Source: a bacterium UBP8_UBA817 (GTDB lineage Bacteria; Margulisbacteria; Marinamargulisbacteria; CAMDBA01). From it: 64,000 nt of DNA. The DNA is taken from the NCBI GenBank assembly GCA_945888995.1, contig CAMDBA010000001.1, positions 12,796 through 76,795 on the forward strand, in the 5' to 3' direction. Below, in pieces: positions 30,533-40,629 of this stretch. A program made the translations under genes and the position numbers. Numbering within the stretch: position 1 is the first letter of the stretch; each line of letters opens with the position of its first letter. The notes under the pieces were generated by a model. It saw only the letters and a list, made by a program, of their open reading frames with translations, was not told the DNA's origin and did not search any database.

Positions 30533-31332
30533 AACCGACGATGCTGCAAGCAGGGGAAACTCTGTCTCAGAGCAGAGAGTGCCTCGAAATCCAAGTCAGC
30601 ATATAAAATTTCAGCGCCCATTTCCGACGCCCGGGCTAGAATGACGCCTTCCGGATTGACGATCATGCTATTTCCCCAAGTCGGGACTCTGCCCGATCCG
30701 ATGCCGGATTGATTCGGCGCAAGAACGTAGCATTGATTCTCGATCGCCCGTGCACGCAAAAGGACTTCCCAATGTTTTTTGCCGGTCGGGGTTGTAAAGG
30801 ATGAGGGCGCGCATAAGGCCATAGCACCTTTGGATGAATAGTGACGGTAGAGTTCGGGAAACCGGAGGTCATAACAAATAGACAGGCCGACTGTCGTCGT
30901 ATCGACTGTTCCTAAAACCGGTTGTGATCCGGATAGATAATGCTTGGATTCCTGCATAGTCGCTTGAGCAAGAACGGCATCATAGAGATGCATTTTCCGA
31001 TAAATGGCCTGATTTTGGCCCTGTGGATCAATTAAAACCGAGGTATTGTAATATTTTTGTTCCTGGTCCGATTTTTCGGCTATACTGCCGGCCAATATCC
31101 ACAGTTTATGCTCCGAGGCGATCGCCTGCATAAGTACGATGGAAGGTCCTGAGACTGATTCCGCGACGGTTTCCAGATCAATCGGGTTGCCTTCACTTCG
31201 GAAATTAAAGGTTTCGGGAAATAGCAGAAATTTTGCCTCTGCCCGAGCAGCTTCATTCGCCAGGCGAATGGCCTGTTCCAAATTAGCAGATTTATCCGAC
31301 GTACTATTCATCTGGATAACGGCAACTTTCAT
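30529..31332 (-). CDS. Carbon-nitrogen hydrolase (Nit1-like amidase)
   Basis: Catalytic triad FPE, YRKMHL, ICYDLRFPE; LLRARAIENQ. Confidence 0.93.
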   Translation of the reverse strand: MKVAVIQMNSTSDKSANLEQAIRLANEAARAEAKFLLFPETFNFRSEGNPIDLETVAESVSGPSIVLMQAIASEHKLWILAGSIAEKSDQEQKYYNTSVLIDPQGQNQAIYRKMHLYDAVLAQATMQESKHYLSGSQPVLGTVDTTTVGLSICYDLRFPELYRHYSSKGAMALCAPSSFTTPTGKKHWEVLLRARAIENQCYVLAPNQSGIGSGRVPTWGNSMIVNPEGVILARASEMGAEILYADLDFEALSALRQSFPCLQHRRF

Positions 31333-31484
31333 GCTCTTAGCGCTTCCTTCACGGCATATTGGCGTACTTATATATAAGAAAAGGGTACTTCCGACGCCTT
31401 ATTTATTCAAGAGTCTTGCGTAACCATTCTAAAAATTCGATTTTTTTCGACAAACCGGCCCTTTTTCCTCTATAATCGGTCACA

Positions 31485-32360
31485 ATGATTACGAATGACC
31501 TTGTTTCAAATCTTGACCTTCTCTTAAAGGCGGCGTTGTCTGAAGACTGCCCGTCAGAAGACCTTACGACAGCGCTCGTAGTAGGCCCTTGGTTGGATCC
31601 GGTTTCAAAAGGTCACTTAATCGCCAAAGAATCCGGCATTTTTTTTGGTGCGGATATTATTGATCGAATTTTTACCGTGCTAGGCGTGCCTGTGACAATC
31701 ACTCACTTTATATCGGACGGAGAAACGTTCAGTAATCAATCTGTCATCACCTCTATCGAAGGACCGCTATCCGCGTTATTGAAGGCTGAACGTGTTCTTC
31801 TAAACCTTCTACAACATCTCTCCGGTATTGCGACCAAAACCGCGCGCTATAAAAAAGCACTGGGAAATGACCGCATCCAACTTCTGGATACCCGAAAAAC
31901 GACACCGTTATTGCGGTTCCTGGAACGCAAAGCCGTGATCGCGGGGGGCGGACATAATCACCGAGAAAATCTCTCGACTATGGTGCTGATCAAAGAAAAT
32001 CATTTACGTCACCTGGAACAGACCGGCCAACTCGGTGAGTTAGACACCTTGCTTTCAAATCAAAAGGCAAAATCACAGGATATTCTCATCGAAATAGAAA
32101 TCGAAACACTAGAACAGCTTCGTCAGTTGCCGCTGGGGCACGCCGACATTATTCTGCTGGATAATTTTGACACAGCGCTTGTCTCTCAAGCCGTTGAAAT
32201 CTGTCGGGAACGCGGATACACAGCCGCTATCGAAGTTTCCGGCAATATTACATTGGATACGATTCATGCCTATCGGGAGTTGCCGGTCGATCGGATTTCC
32301 TGCGGGAGCCTGACGCATTCTGTGGACTCTATCGATATTAGTTTTCTTATTGTTTCATAG
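31485..32360 (+). CDS. nadC: Quinolinate phosphoribosyltransferase
   Basis: ALSEDCP..DLTT, ERVLLN, DTRKTTP, HRENL, LIKENH, ILLDN, EVSGNI, GSLTHS. Confidence 0.95.
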   Translation: MITNDLVSNLDLLLKAALSEDCPSEDLTTALVVGPWLDPVSKGHLIAKESGIFFGADIIDRIFTVLGVPVTITHFISDGETFSNQSVITSIEGPLSALLKAERVLLNLLQHLSGIATKTARYKKALGNDRIQLLDTRKTTPLLRFLERKAVIAGGGHNHRENLSTMVLIKENHLRHLEQTGQLGELDTLLSNQKAKSQDILIEIEIETLEQLRQLPLGHADIILLDNFDTALVSQAVEICRERGYTAAIEVSGNITLDTIHAYRELPVDRISCGSLTHSVDSIDISFLIVS

Positions 32361-32372
32361 AAAGATACCCCC

Positions 32373-33014
32373 ATGTTAGATCTTAATGCCAAAACTGAGT
32401 TTGATTCACTGGACTATGATACCCTCTACCAAACCTGCCGCAGCTGTGTTCGCTGTGGACTAGCTGATACCCGTACCCAGGTTGTGGTCGGATACGGGCC
32501 TGTTCCATGCGATCTGATGATCATCGGCGAAGGCCCCGGTCAGCAGGAAGATGTTGAAGGGCGACCCTTTGTCGGGAAGGCGGGTCAGCTCCTGACCAAG
32601 ATTCTAGAATCCGTTAATATCGATCGTGAAAAAGAAGTCTACATCAGCAATGTGGTTAAATGCCGACCCCCTCAAAACAGAACCCCGTTCCCCAGTGAAA
32701 TCGAGGCGTGCAAGCCATATCTTCTTCGGCAGATTCAGATCGTTAAACCTAAAATCATCCTGCTTTTAGGCGCACCGTCCCTCAAAACCGTTCTGGAAGA
32801 AAGCCTCAGTATCTCAAAAGTTCGCGGCAAGTGGTACCGGGCCAGCGTCGACTACATGACGGACGAGCTCTATATTATGCCGCTGTTTCATCCGTCTTAT
32901 CTTTTACGTAATCAGGATAAAAGCAAAGGCGCACCTAAATGGCTGACCTGGCAGGATATCCAGGAAGTAAAAACCGCCCTGACCTTCTACCGGCAGGATG
33001 ATAAAGCCGACTAA
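32373..33014 (+). CDS. Uracil-DNA glycosylase family 4 (Fe-S)
   Basis: CxxCxL, IGEGPG, GRPFVGKAG, NVVKCRPPQNR, HPSYLLR. Confidence 0.95.
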   Translation: MLDLNAKTEFDSLDYDTLYQTCRSCVRCGLADTRTQVVVGYGPVPCDLMIIGEGPGQQEDVEGRPFVGKAGQLLTKILESVNIDREKEVYISNVVKCRPPQNRTPFPSEIEACKPYLLRQIQIVKPKIILLLGAPSLKTVLEESLSISKVRGKWYRASVDYMTDELYIMPLFHPSYLLRNQDKSKGAPKWLTWQDIQEVKTALTFYRQDDKAD

Positions 33015-33151
33015 ACACGCTATCTCCAACCTGAATATCGTCGTTAAAAAAGATGCATCTTTATAAGTCCATTTTAATTGAGTATAATCTGGTTACTTTA
33101 AAAAGAAGCCTTATTCGACTATAAGTACACGCTTCAGGAAAGGATCCTCCC

Positions 33152-33610
33152 ATTAACAAGCGAACAAAAAAACCTAAAAAATCCAACCGCATTTCCGATC
33201 ATTTTTCCAATAAAGATTTCTTATGCAAATGCGGAAACTGCCAAAATAAGATCAAAGTCAGCCTCGGGCTTGTCGGCGGTCTTGAGCTTTTGCGCACCAA
33301 ATCCGGCAACCGGGTAAATATCTTAAAAGGGTACATCTGCCCCGAAGCCAAAGAAGCCCTCGGACACCGCAAAAGCTACCACTCTCAGGGAATTGCGGCC
33401 GATGTTACCATCGATAATATGGAAGTAGCCAAAGCGTTTAAAATTGCAGAAGAAATCCCTGAATTCAAGGGAATCGGCATTAATTTTACCGAGAAGTTTT
33501 TGCATGTCGACACCCGAAAAGACGCGACTCGCACATGTTGGGTCGTGGAATTCGGGAAACGCGTTGAGCTCACGGATGAAAATCGAGCCAAATATCTCAG
33601 TGACACCTAG
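33152..33610 (+). CDS. Peptidase M15A (D-Ala-D-Ala carboxypeptidase-like), probable ATT start
   Basis: Open frame from the stop at 33122-24 has ISDHFSNKDFLCKCGNC upstream of the first TTG (33290); Zn ligands SYHSQGIAAD and FLHVD; AGGAAAGGA 7 nt before ATT 33152. Confidence 0.75.
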   Translation: MNKRTKKPKKSNRISDHFSNKDFLCKCGNCQNKIKVSLGLVGGLELLRTKSGNRVNILKGYICPEAKEALGHRKSYHSQGIAADVTIDNMEVAKAFKIAEEIPEFKGIGINFTEKFLHVDTRKDATRTCWVVEFGKRVELTDENRAKYLSDT

Positions 33611-34490
33611 TTTTCTTGCAGCCTATACCCGTTTTTTAACGTTTTTAGAGCAAGAACGTCAGTATTCCACCCATACGATTAGCAGCTACAAGCGGGATCT
33701 AAGAACTTTTGGGGAGCACAGCGCTACCATCCCTGAATGGGAACAGCTTTCTCATCCGGAATGCAAGACTTACTTATATTTTCTTGAGTCAAAAGGGTAT
33801 AGCCGGAAGACGATTGCCAGGATGATCGCGACCATGCGGTCGTTTTGGCGATATCTGTCCGCACACAAAAACGTGACGCATAATCCTTGGGAATTTCTTA
33901 TCATCCCGAAACTCAAACCTAAATTACCGCAGTTTTTACTCAAAGATGAAATGGCCCGTTTTCTAAGTCAGATCGACACCAGTGAATCCGCAGGGTTGAG
34001 AGACCGCGCTATTTTTGAACTTCTGTATAGTTCCGGGCTTCGGGTTTCCGAGCTTGTCGCACTGGATATCGATGACGTCGACTTCGAAAATGACGAGATT
34101 AAAGTTCTCGGAAAAGGAAAAAAAGAGCGCATCGTTTTATTCGGTGGGATCGCCAAAGACGTGCTAATCCGATATATCAACAGCGCACGACCCGAATGGC
34201 TCACAGAACCTACCGACGCCTTATTTTTAAATCAACGAGGAAATCGACTGACGTCTCGCAGTATCCAGCGTATACTAAGGGTTCGTTCAGGATCTCTGTA
34301 TACCGGCAAATCCATTACGCCGCATACACTACGACATTCCTTTGCGACTGATTTATTAAACGGAGGCGCGGATTTACGAATCGTTCAGGATTTATTGGGG
34401 CATTCGAGTCTTTCAACGACTCAGATTTACACCCATATTTCTAAAGAAAAACTTCTGAAATCCTACAAAAAAGCCCATCCACATGCCTAA
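33600..34490 (+). CDS. xerC: Tyrosine recombinase XerC/XerD-type
   Basis: YSSGLRVSEL, GKGKKER, HTLRHSFATDLL, LGHSSLSTTQIY; start GTG 33600 (or ATG 33576). Confidence 0.88.
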   Translation: MTPSFLAAYTRFLTFLEQERQYSTHTISSYKRDLRTFGEHSATIPEWEQLSHPECKTYLYFLESKGYSRKTIARMIATMRSFWRYLSAHKNVTHNPWEFLIIPKLKPKLPQFLLKDEMARFLSQIDTSESAGLRDRAIFELLYSSGLRVSELVALDIDDVDFENDEIKVLGKGKKERIVLFGGIAKDVLIRYINSARPEWLTEPTDALFLNQRGNRLTSRSIQRILRVRSGSLYTGKSITPHTLRHSFATDLLNGGADLRIVQDLLGHSSLSTTQIYTHISKEKLLKSYKKAHPHA

Positions 34491-34540
34491 ATTTTTGTTA
34501 TAGTGATACTACAAAAGAGAAAGAGAGAATCCAGTTCACC

Positions 34541-35812
34541 ATGTCCGACCTACTCCAACGCGCCAGCGCAGTTTTGTCCCCTGTTATTGGGCACTACACC
34601 AGTCTAGAGGTCAAATCCGGCAGCGGATGTTATCTCTATGGCTTAGATGACACGGCGTATTTAGACCTTGCCGCAGGGATTGCGGTGACGGCTACCGGAC
34701 ATTGTCATCCCAAAGTCGTTGAGGCTATTCAGGCGCAAGCCGCGACCTTAATTCATGCCTGTATCGGGATTGTGTATTATGAACCGCCGATTAGACTCGC
34801 GGAAAAACTCGGGGAATTATTAGGTGCGGATCTGACCAGCGTTTTTTTCTGCCAAAGCGGTACCGAGGCCATCGAAGCTTCCATGAAACTCGCCAAATAT
34901 GTCACTAAAAAATCTAAATTGCTGGTTTTTTCCGGTGGATTTCACGGCCGAACTTTGGGCGCATTGTCCCTGACCACATCCAAAGAAAAATACCGTGAAA
35001 ACTATGAACCGCTAATACCAGGCATTAAAGTCCTCCCTTATCCGAATCTCTATCGGCATTCATCGGCAGATTCCGCTACGGCCGAACGTCAGTACATCGC
35101 CGACCTGGAAGCCTATTTTTCGACGTTGGATGACGATATTGCCGCCGTTGTAATCGAACCGATGCTCGGTGAGGGTGGTTATGTAAGCGCTCCTGCCGCT
35201 TTTTTACAAAAGCTGGAATCGCTTTGTCGTCAAAAAAACATTCTGGTCATCCTGGATGAAATTCAGACAGGATTCGGACGAACCGGACACTGGTTTATGT
35301 TTCAGGAAGCCGGACTCAAGCCGGACATCATCGCACTGGCCAAAGGCATCGCCTCAGGAATGCCGCTCGGGGCTTGCGTGGCCCGCAAAGCCCTGATGGA
35401 ACAATGGACCACTGGCTCGCATGGCGGCACCTACGGGTCAAACCCAGTTACATGCGCTGCGGCTTTGGCCTCCATTGACGTGGTCGGTGACTGCTTGCCC
35501 GGTATTTCCGAGCTAGGCGAGTATGCACTGACGTTTTTAAAAGCCGCGCTAAAAGACCATCCTTATGTCGGTGATATTCGTGGCAAAGGCCTGATGATCG
35601 GCATCGAGCTGGTCTCCGACCGAATCACCAAAGAACCGCATACAGCCTTACTCAAAACCGTCTTATCCGAGGCGCTGGCCCGCCAGGTCATCGTCATTTC
35701 ATGCGGCGTTTTTGACAACGTTATCCGAATCATGCCGCCGCTTATTATCACTAAACCCGAATTAACCGACGGATTAACCGTCATCACGGAGGTTCTTAAT
35801 GCTCACTGTTAA
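34541..35812 (+). CDS. Class III PLP aminotransferase (GabT/ArgD-like)
   Basis: GHCHPKVV, SGTEAIE, FHGRT, EPMLGEGG, DEIQTGFGRTG, AKGIASG, GGTY. Confidence 0.85.
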   Translation: MSDLLQRASAVLSPVIGHYTSLEVKSGSGCYLYGLDDTAYLDLAAGIAVTATGHCHPKVVEAIQAQAATLIHACIGIVYYEPPIRLAEKLGELLGADLTSVFFCQSGTEAIEASMKLAKYVTKKSKLLVFSGGFHGRTLGALSLTTSKEKYRENYEPLIPGIKVLPYPNLYRHSSADSATAERQYIADLEAYFSTLDDDIAAVVIEPMLGEGGYVSAPAAFLQKLESLCRQKNILVILDEIQTGFGRTGHWFMFQEAGLKPDIIALAKGIASGMPLGACVARKALMEQWTTGSHGGTYGSNPVTCAAALASIDVVGDCLPGISELGEYALTFLKAALKDHPYVGDIRGKGLMIGIELVSDRITKEPHTALLKTVLSEALARQVIVISCGVFDNVIRIMPPLIITKPELTDGLTVITEVLNAHC

Positions 35813-36524
35813 AGGAAAACACGCGGTTCTGGAAGCCGTTAAATCTGATGCTAAAATTGACCGGATTCTGGTCGATCATAAGCTCCAGCAGGATCAGGAA
35901 ATTCAATATATCGTCCGGCTTGCCCACAGTAAAAAAATCAAAACCCAGATTTTGAGCTCCGAGCAATTCGCCAAAATCACCAACCAAACCCAGACCCAGG
36001 GCGTCTTTGCGTACCAACATGCCAAAGAAGCGCCGCAACTGGAATCCATTCTGGCTAACCCTGCGGATTATCCGTTTATTGTCGTGGTGGATCATATTGA
36101 AGACCCCTATAATTTCGGGGCGATTATCCGGACATGCGAAGCATTGGGCGTGAATGCGATATTGTATCCGAAAGACCGGAACTGCCAATTTACACCGGGA
36201 GTCTTAAAAGTCGCGTCGGGGGCTACTCAGTATATTCCGTTAGTCAAAGTCACCAACTTATCCAGAAGCCTCGAAAAGCTGAAGGCCATCGGATTTTGGG
36301 TGTATTCCGCTGAAGTTCACCGGGGTGAAAAACTAGGGGACATCGAACCGAATTTCCCACTCATATTGGTCATCGGAAACGAACATAAAGGGGTCTCCCA
36401 TGGTATCAGCAAACTGATCGACCAAGGTATCAATATTGAAATGTTCGGCAAAACCGAGTCTCTTAACGTCTCTGTCGCGACCGGAATTTTGGTGTACCAG
36501 CTTGCAATGAGGAACCGCCGTTGA
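35799..36524 (+). CDS. rlmB: TrmH/SpoU family RNA methyltransferase (RlmB-like)
   Basis: QTQGV, DPYNFGAIIRT, GNEHKGVS, ESLNVSVA. Confidence 0.85.
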   Translation: MLTVKGKHAVLEAVKSDAKIDRILVDHKLQQDQEIQYIVRLAHSKKIKTQILSSEQFAKITNQTQTQGVFAYQHAKEAPQLESILANPADYPFIVVVDHIEDPYNFGAIIRTCEALGVNAILYPKDRNCQFTPGVLKVASGATQYIPLVKVTNLSRSLEKLKAIGFWVYSAEVHRGEKLGDIEPNFPLILVIGNEHKGVSHGISKLIDQGINIEMFGKTESLNVSVATGILVYQLAMRNRR

Positions 36525-38689
36525 TCGATCGAATTCGGCAGTTCTTTTCTTTTAGCCCGCTTACTAAAAGAGCCAACCTCAGGACTCAAATCCTCCTGCC
36601 GTTCATTATTATTACCACGTTCATGACACTTATTTCGATGTTGGGCGCGATTGCGTTTATCTCTGACACCATCGAAAAACGGCTGGCGGATCAGCTCGAA
36701 AAGCATCGTCTTTTTGTTCACAAAAGCATCGAAGAACGTCTTCACAAATCTCAATTTTATACACAACTAGTCGCAGATATGAAGAAAAATGTGGATAAAA
36801 TTCACAATCAAAAAGTCCTGTCCGGCGTTAAATCGATTCTGATTCAAGCATTGGCCCAAGATCGCACTAAGATTTACTGGACCCTCAAAGATATTCCCTA
36901 CCAAAAACGAGATCTTTATGCCGATTTGATCAGCACAGGATATTCGGGGAAGTCTAAGATTCAATATATGATTAACCAGGAAGGCGATCGGGTTCTTGAT
37001 ACGGACATCGTCGCCGTCACGCCGCTCAAAAATCATGGCTATTACTATCCCGTCATTTCCGAATTCCCAATTAACGATGCGTTTTTGATCGACATTAAAA
37101 GTAAGTACAAATCTGAAATCGCCATTATTTACCATGGATTTTTCAAGAATTCTCCTTACACCGAGATCGTTACATCCACCCAGCTTTTAACTGAAAACAA
37201 AGAAATCAAAAATCAAGTCATCCGGCTCATGAATGCCTACCCTATCGACGGAACTCCAAGTCCCTTGACGGGCAGTATTGATATCGATCACAAATCATAT
37301 AAAGTCATTTTTGAACGGCTCGATCTGAATCCGTCTCTGTATGTCGCGGTTATCATTACCGCTGAAGATATTTTTATCGCCAAGCGTAACATTATTATTG
37401 GAACCGTGATTATTCTGATGCTGGTGATGGGGCTCATCATGACTATTTATTCAGTCATTGTCGGCAAAATCACAGCGTCGCTCGATATTCTGATGGAGGT
37501 TATCCAGAAAGTGACCAAAGGCGACCTGGAACAAAAAGTGCCGATTCTCTCTCACGATGAGATCGGGGAGTTGTCTTCAATGTTTAACCAAATGGTAACG
37601 AGCTTAAAAGAGTCCAGTGCGAACGTTATTTATGAAAAAAATCGGTCGGAGGCCATTATCGCGAACCTCCCAGAAGGTATTATCGTCACCGACTCCCAAA
37701 ACCGGCTTATCCTGGCCAACCAGAGAGCCGAGGAAATGTTTAACTTCTCGATGCAGGAAAATCTCGGCAAATTTATCCTGGAATGCATTAATAATCAGGA
37801 ACTTCTCAACTTTATTAAAGAGCAGCTTCAACACGCCAAGCCTTATATCACCCGTGAAGTCCGGATGCATAAAGACAAAGGCAAAAATAAGATTTATCTT
37901 CTGACCTCCAATCTGGCCAAAAACAAAAATGATCAGAATATCGGCGTTATCACGATACTCAGGGACATTACCCGAGAACGGGAATTAGAAGAGCTTCGCG
38001 AAGGATTTTTACGAACGGTTTCGCATGAATTACGTACGCCGTTGACGGCGGTGATCGGATTTATCGATCTGATTTATCGCGGTACCGCAGGACCTATTAA
38101 CGATCAGCAAAAAGAGTACCTCGATATTTCGCTCAACAGCGCCATTACACTCAAAAATCTGATTAATGATCTTCTGGATCTCTCCCGCATCGAAGCCGGA
38201 AAGGTCAAACTGCTGTATTCCTCAGTCAAAGTTCATGAATTTTTGGAAAACATCGCCGCTTCGTTTTTCCCATTGGTTCACACCAAGCATCTGGAGCTCC
38301 AGATTATGAGCATCGATCCGGACCTGGTTATGATGGCCGACATCGAAAAACTTCGCAGAATTTTTGTGAACCTGATCTCAAATGCTATCAAATTCACCGA
38401 AACCGGACATATCACCGTCTCATGCAAAGACGTCGAGGATTCCCTCCACTTTTCGGTCAAAGACACCGGCATCGGATTACTAGACGAAGAAAAAGAGATT
38501 ATTTTCGATAAGTTCCAACAGGTCGACTATTCCTCAACCCGTAAATACGAAGGAATCGGGCTCGGTCTTTCAATCGTCAGAGAACTCGTCGAGCTGCATC
38601 GCGGAAAAATCTGGGTGGAGAGCCAACATAAAGTCGGTTCTACCTTCTCGTTCTCTATTCCAAAGGAGCAGCCGGAGTCAGAGGAATAG
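36521..38689 (+). CDS. Membrane sensor histidine kinase (periplasmic sensor, HAMP, PAS, HisKA, HATPase)
   Basis: Two TM segments, DEIGELSSMFNQM, SHELRTPL, NLISNAIKF, DTGIG, GIGLGLSI. Confidence 0.93.
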   Translation: MIDRIRQFFSFSPLTKRANLRTQILLPFIIITTFMTLISMLGAIAFISDTIEKRLADQLEKHRLFVHKSIEERLHKSQFYTQLVADMKKNVDKIHNQKVLSGVKSILIQALAQDRTKIYWTLKDIPYQKRDLYADLISTGYSGKSKIQYMINQEGDRVLDTDIVAVTPLKNHGYYYPVISEFPINDAFLIDIKSKYKSEIAIIYHGFFKNSPYTEIVTSTQLLTENKEIKNQVIRLMNAYPIDGTPSPLTGSIDIDHKSYKVIFERLDLNPSLYVAVIITAEDIFIAKRNIIIGTVIILMLVMGLIMTIYSVIVGKITASLDILMEVIQKVTKGDLEQKVPILSHDEIGELSSMFNQMVTSLKESSANVIYEKNRSEAIIANLPEGIIVTDSQNRLILANQRAEEMFNFSMQENLGKFILECINNQELLNFIKEQLQHAKPYITREVRMHKDKGKNKIYLLTSNLAKNKNDQNIGVITILRDITRERELEELREGFLRTVSHELRTPLTAVIGFIDLIYRGTAGPINDQQKEYLDISLNSAITLKNLINDLLDLSRIEAGKVKLLYSSVKVHEFLENIAASFFPLVHTKHLELQIMSIDPDLVMMADIEKLRRIFVNLISNAIKFTETGHITVSCKDVEDSLHFSVKDTGIGLLDEEKEIIFDKFQQVDYSSTRKYEGIGLGLSIVRELVELHRGKIWVESQHKVGSTFSFSIPKEQPESEE

Positions 38690-38700
38690 CAAGAAAGCCT

Positions 38701-39675
38701 TTAATCCCCTAATTTCCGATCAGCCTTATCCAGATATTCGGTCACATAGTCATAGACCCCATCTTCCAATGACAGGAAAGACCCGGTATAGCCTTGCTGG
38801 TTCAATTTTGTCATATCAGCCTTGGTGTAGTATTGATATTGCCTTTTGAGACCTTCAGGCATCTCGATGTAGTCAATTTGAGCGGGCAACTCCAAGGCTT
38901 TAAAAATCGCGCGCGCCAAGTCATTCCAACTCCGGGCATGACTGGTGCCGACATTGTAGAGGCCGTTGACCCTGGGATGCTGCAGAAGCCACCACATGAC
39001 GTCCACGCAATCCTTGATATACACGAAGTCTCGCATTTGTTCCCCGTCGGCATAATCGGGAAGGTAAGATTTAAATAAAGAGAGGCGTTGGGTATCAAAA
39101 ATTTGCTGGTAGGCTTTACACACGACGCTGCGCATATCTTGTTTGTGGTATTCATTCGGACCAAAAACATTAAAGAACTTCAGGCCGACAATCTTGTCCA
39201 GTAAATCATTATCCCGGGCCCAGAGATCAAAAAACTGCTTTGAATAGCCATAACGGTTAATCGGGCGCAGCGGCGAGATATCCATCATATCGCTGAAACC
39301 CAACTCACCGTTTCCATAAGTAGCGGCGCTGCTAGCGTAGATAAAGCGGGCATGGTGATCCGCACACCACTTGGCTAACTGACATGTATAGTGAACATTA
39401 TTGTGAAATAGGTAGTCCATATCCAGCTCGGTCGTGGCTGAACATGCGCCCATATGAATAATCGCGGTTGTGGTTTGAGGAAGCTCATCCCGTTCAACGA
39501 GTTTGAGAAAATCGTCTTTATGAATATATTCCCGGTATTTGAGCGGAACGAGATTTTTCCATTTTTCGGTGGTATTGAGATTGTCTACAATCCAAATGTC
39601 GGTAATCCCCTCCTGGTTCAATTTCCAGGCCATTGCACTGCCGATCAATCCGGCGCCTCCCGTGATAATAATCAT
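38701..39675 (-). CDS. hldD: ADP-L-glycero-D-manno-heptose 6-epimerase
   Basis: [51 protein letters not shown]. Confidence 0.93.
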   Translation of the reverse strand: MIIITGGAGLIGSAMAWKLNQEGITDIWIVDNLNTTEKWKNLVPLKYREYIHKDDFLKLVERDELPQTTTAIIHMGACSATTELDMDYLFHNNVHYTCQLAKWCADHHARFIYASSAATYGNGELGFSDMMDISPLRPINRYGYSKQFFDLWARDNDLLDKIVGLKFFNVFGPNEYHKQDMRSVVCKAYQQIFDTQRLSLFKSYLPDYADGEQMRDFVYIKDCVDVMWWLLQHPRVNGLYNVGTSHARSWNDLARAIFKALELPAQIDYIEMPEGLKRQYQYYTKADMTKLNQQGYTGSFLSLEDGVYDYVTEYLDKADRKLGD

Positions 39676-40526
39676 GCCGATTTTCCTTTCGTTGAGAGTG
39701 CTTCTAAACGTCTGATTCTTTCTTCTACCGGTGGATGGGTGCTAAAGAGATTGAGCATACCGGACGGGCTGAACGGGAACACGATAAATAAATGTGCGGT
39801 CGCAGGTGGCGCTTGGGTCAACGGGACTTGCGCCACGCCTTCGTGTAATTTTCTGAGGGCCGATGCCAGATATAAAGGATTCTGACATAATCTTGCGCCC
39901 GTTTCATCGGCCAAGTATTCCCTCGACCGTGAAATCGCCATCTGAATTAACGAGGCGGCAATCGGCGCGAAAATCATCATAAGAATGCCGGATGGACCGG
40001 ACTCGTTGCCGTTGTCTCGGCTGCCCCTGAAAATCATGTTCCACTGCGCCATATTGGCTAACATCGAAATGGCCCCTGCAAATGTGGCGGCGATTGTGCC
40101 GATTAACATGTCCTGGTTGCGAATATGGCCGAGTTCATGCCCGATCACGCCGGCCAGCTCTTCCTGAGACAAAAGCTGCAGGATGCCTTGTGTGACCGCG
40201 ATGGCGGCATGATGTTCGTCACGGCCGGTCGCAAACGCATTGGGAGAATAGTCGGGAATCACATAGACTTTCGGCATCGGAAGCGAGGCTTTCTTGGCCA
40301 GGACGCGGACCATAGCCAGGAGTTGAGGATCGTCTTGTGAGGTGACTTCCCTGGCCCGGTACATCGACAAAATCAGCTTATCGCTAAACCAATACGTGCC
40401 CAAATTCATCGCCGCTGCTATCATCAATGCCGTCAGCATACCTTGAGGACCGCCTAAAACACGGCCGACAAAGACCAAAAACAAGGTCAGAAATCCCATT
40501 AATAGGGTGAGTCGTAATGCATTCAT
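39672..40526 (-). CDS. htpX: Zinc metalloprotease HtpX (M48)
   Basis: [28 protein letters not shown]. Confidence 0.96.
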   Translation of the reverse strand: MNALRLTLLMGFLTLFLVFVGRVLGGPQGMLTALMIAAAMNLGTYWFSDKLILSMYRAREVTSQDDPQLLAMVRVLAKKASLPMPKVYVIPDYSPNAFATGRDEHHAAIAVTQGILQLLSQEELAGVIGHELGHIRNQDMLIGTIAATFAGAISMLANMAQWNMIFRGSRDNGNESGPSGILMMIFAPIAASLIQMAISRSREYLADETGARLCQNPLYLASALRKLHEGVAQVPLTQAPPATAHLFIVFPFSPSGMLNLFSTHPPVEERIRRLEALSTKGKSA

Positions 40527-40629
40527 GTGCGCTCCCCCTCTATTTGAAGCTGGTATTTTCTAGCGTTATTATAGAAGGTCGTGCGGGAGATTTCCAGTGC
40601 CTGGGCGGCTTGGCCAAGATCAAGCCTGA

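Noticed and set aside
33600-34490. Phage or island integrase for the tDNA mini-elements
   Set aside because: About 300 aa Xer-type protein with no arm-binding N-terminal extension, among housekeeping genes and not next to a tDNA.
34541-35812. BioA completing the biotin operon
   Set aside because: Has GabT/ArgD-type motifs (FHGRT, GGTY) and lacks the BioA signatures SSWW and YHGDT.
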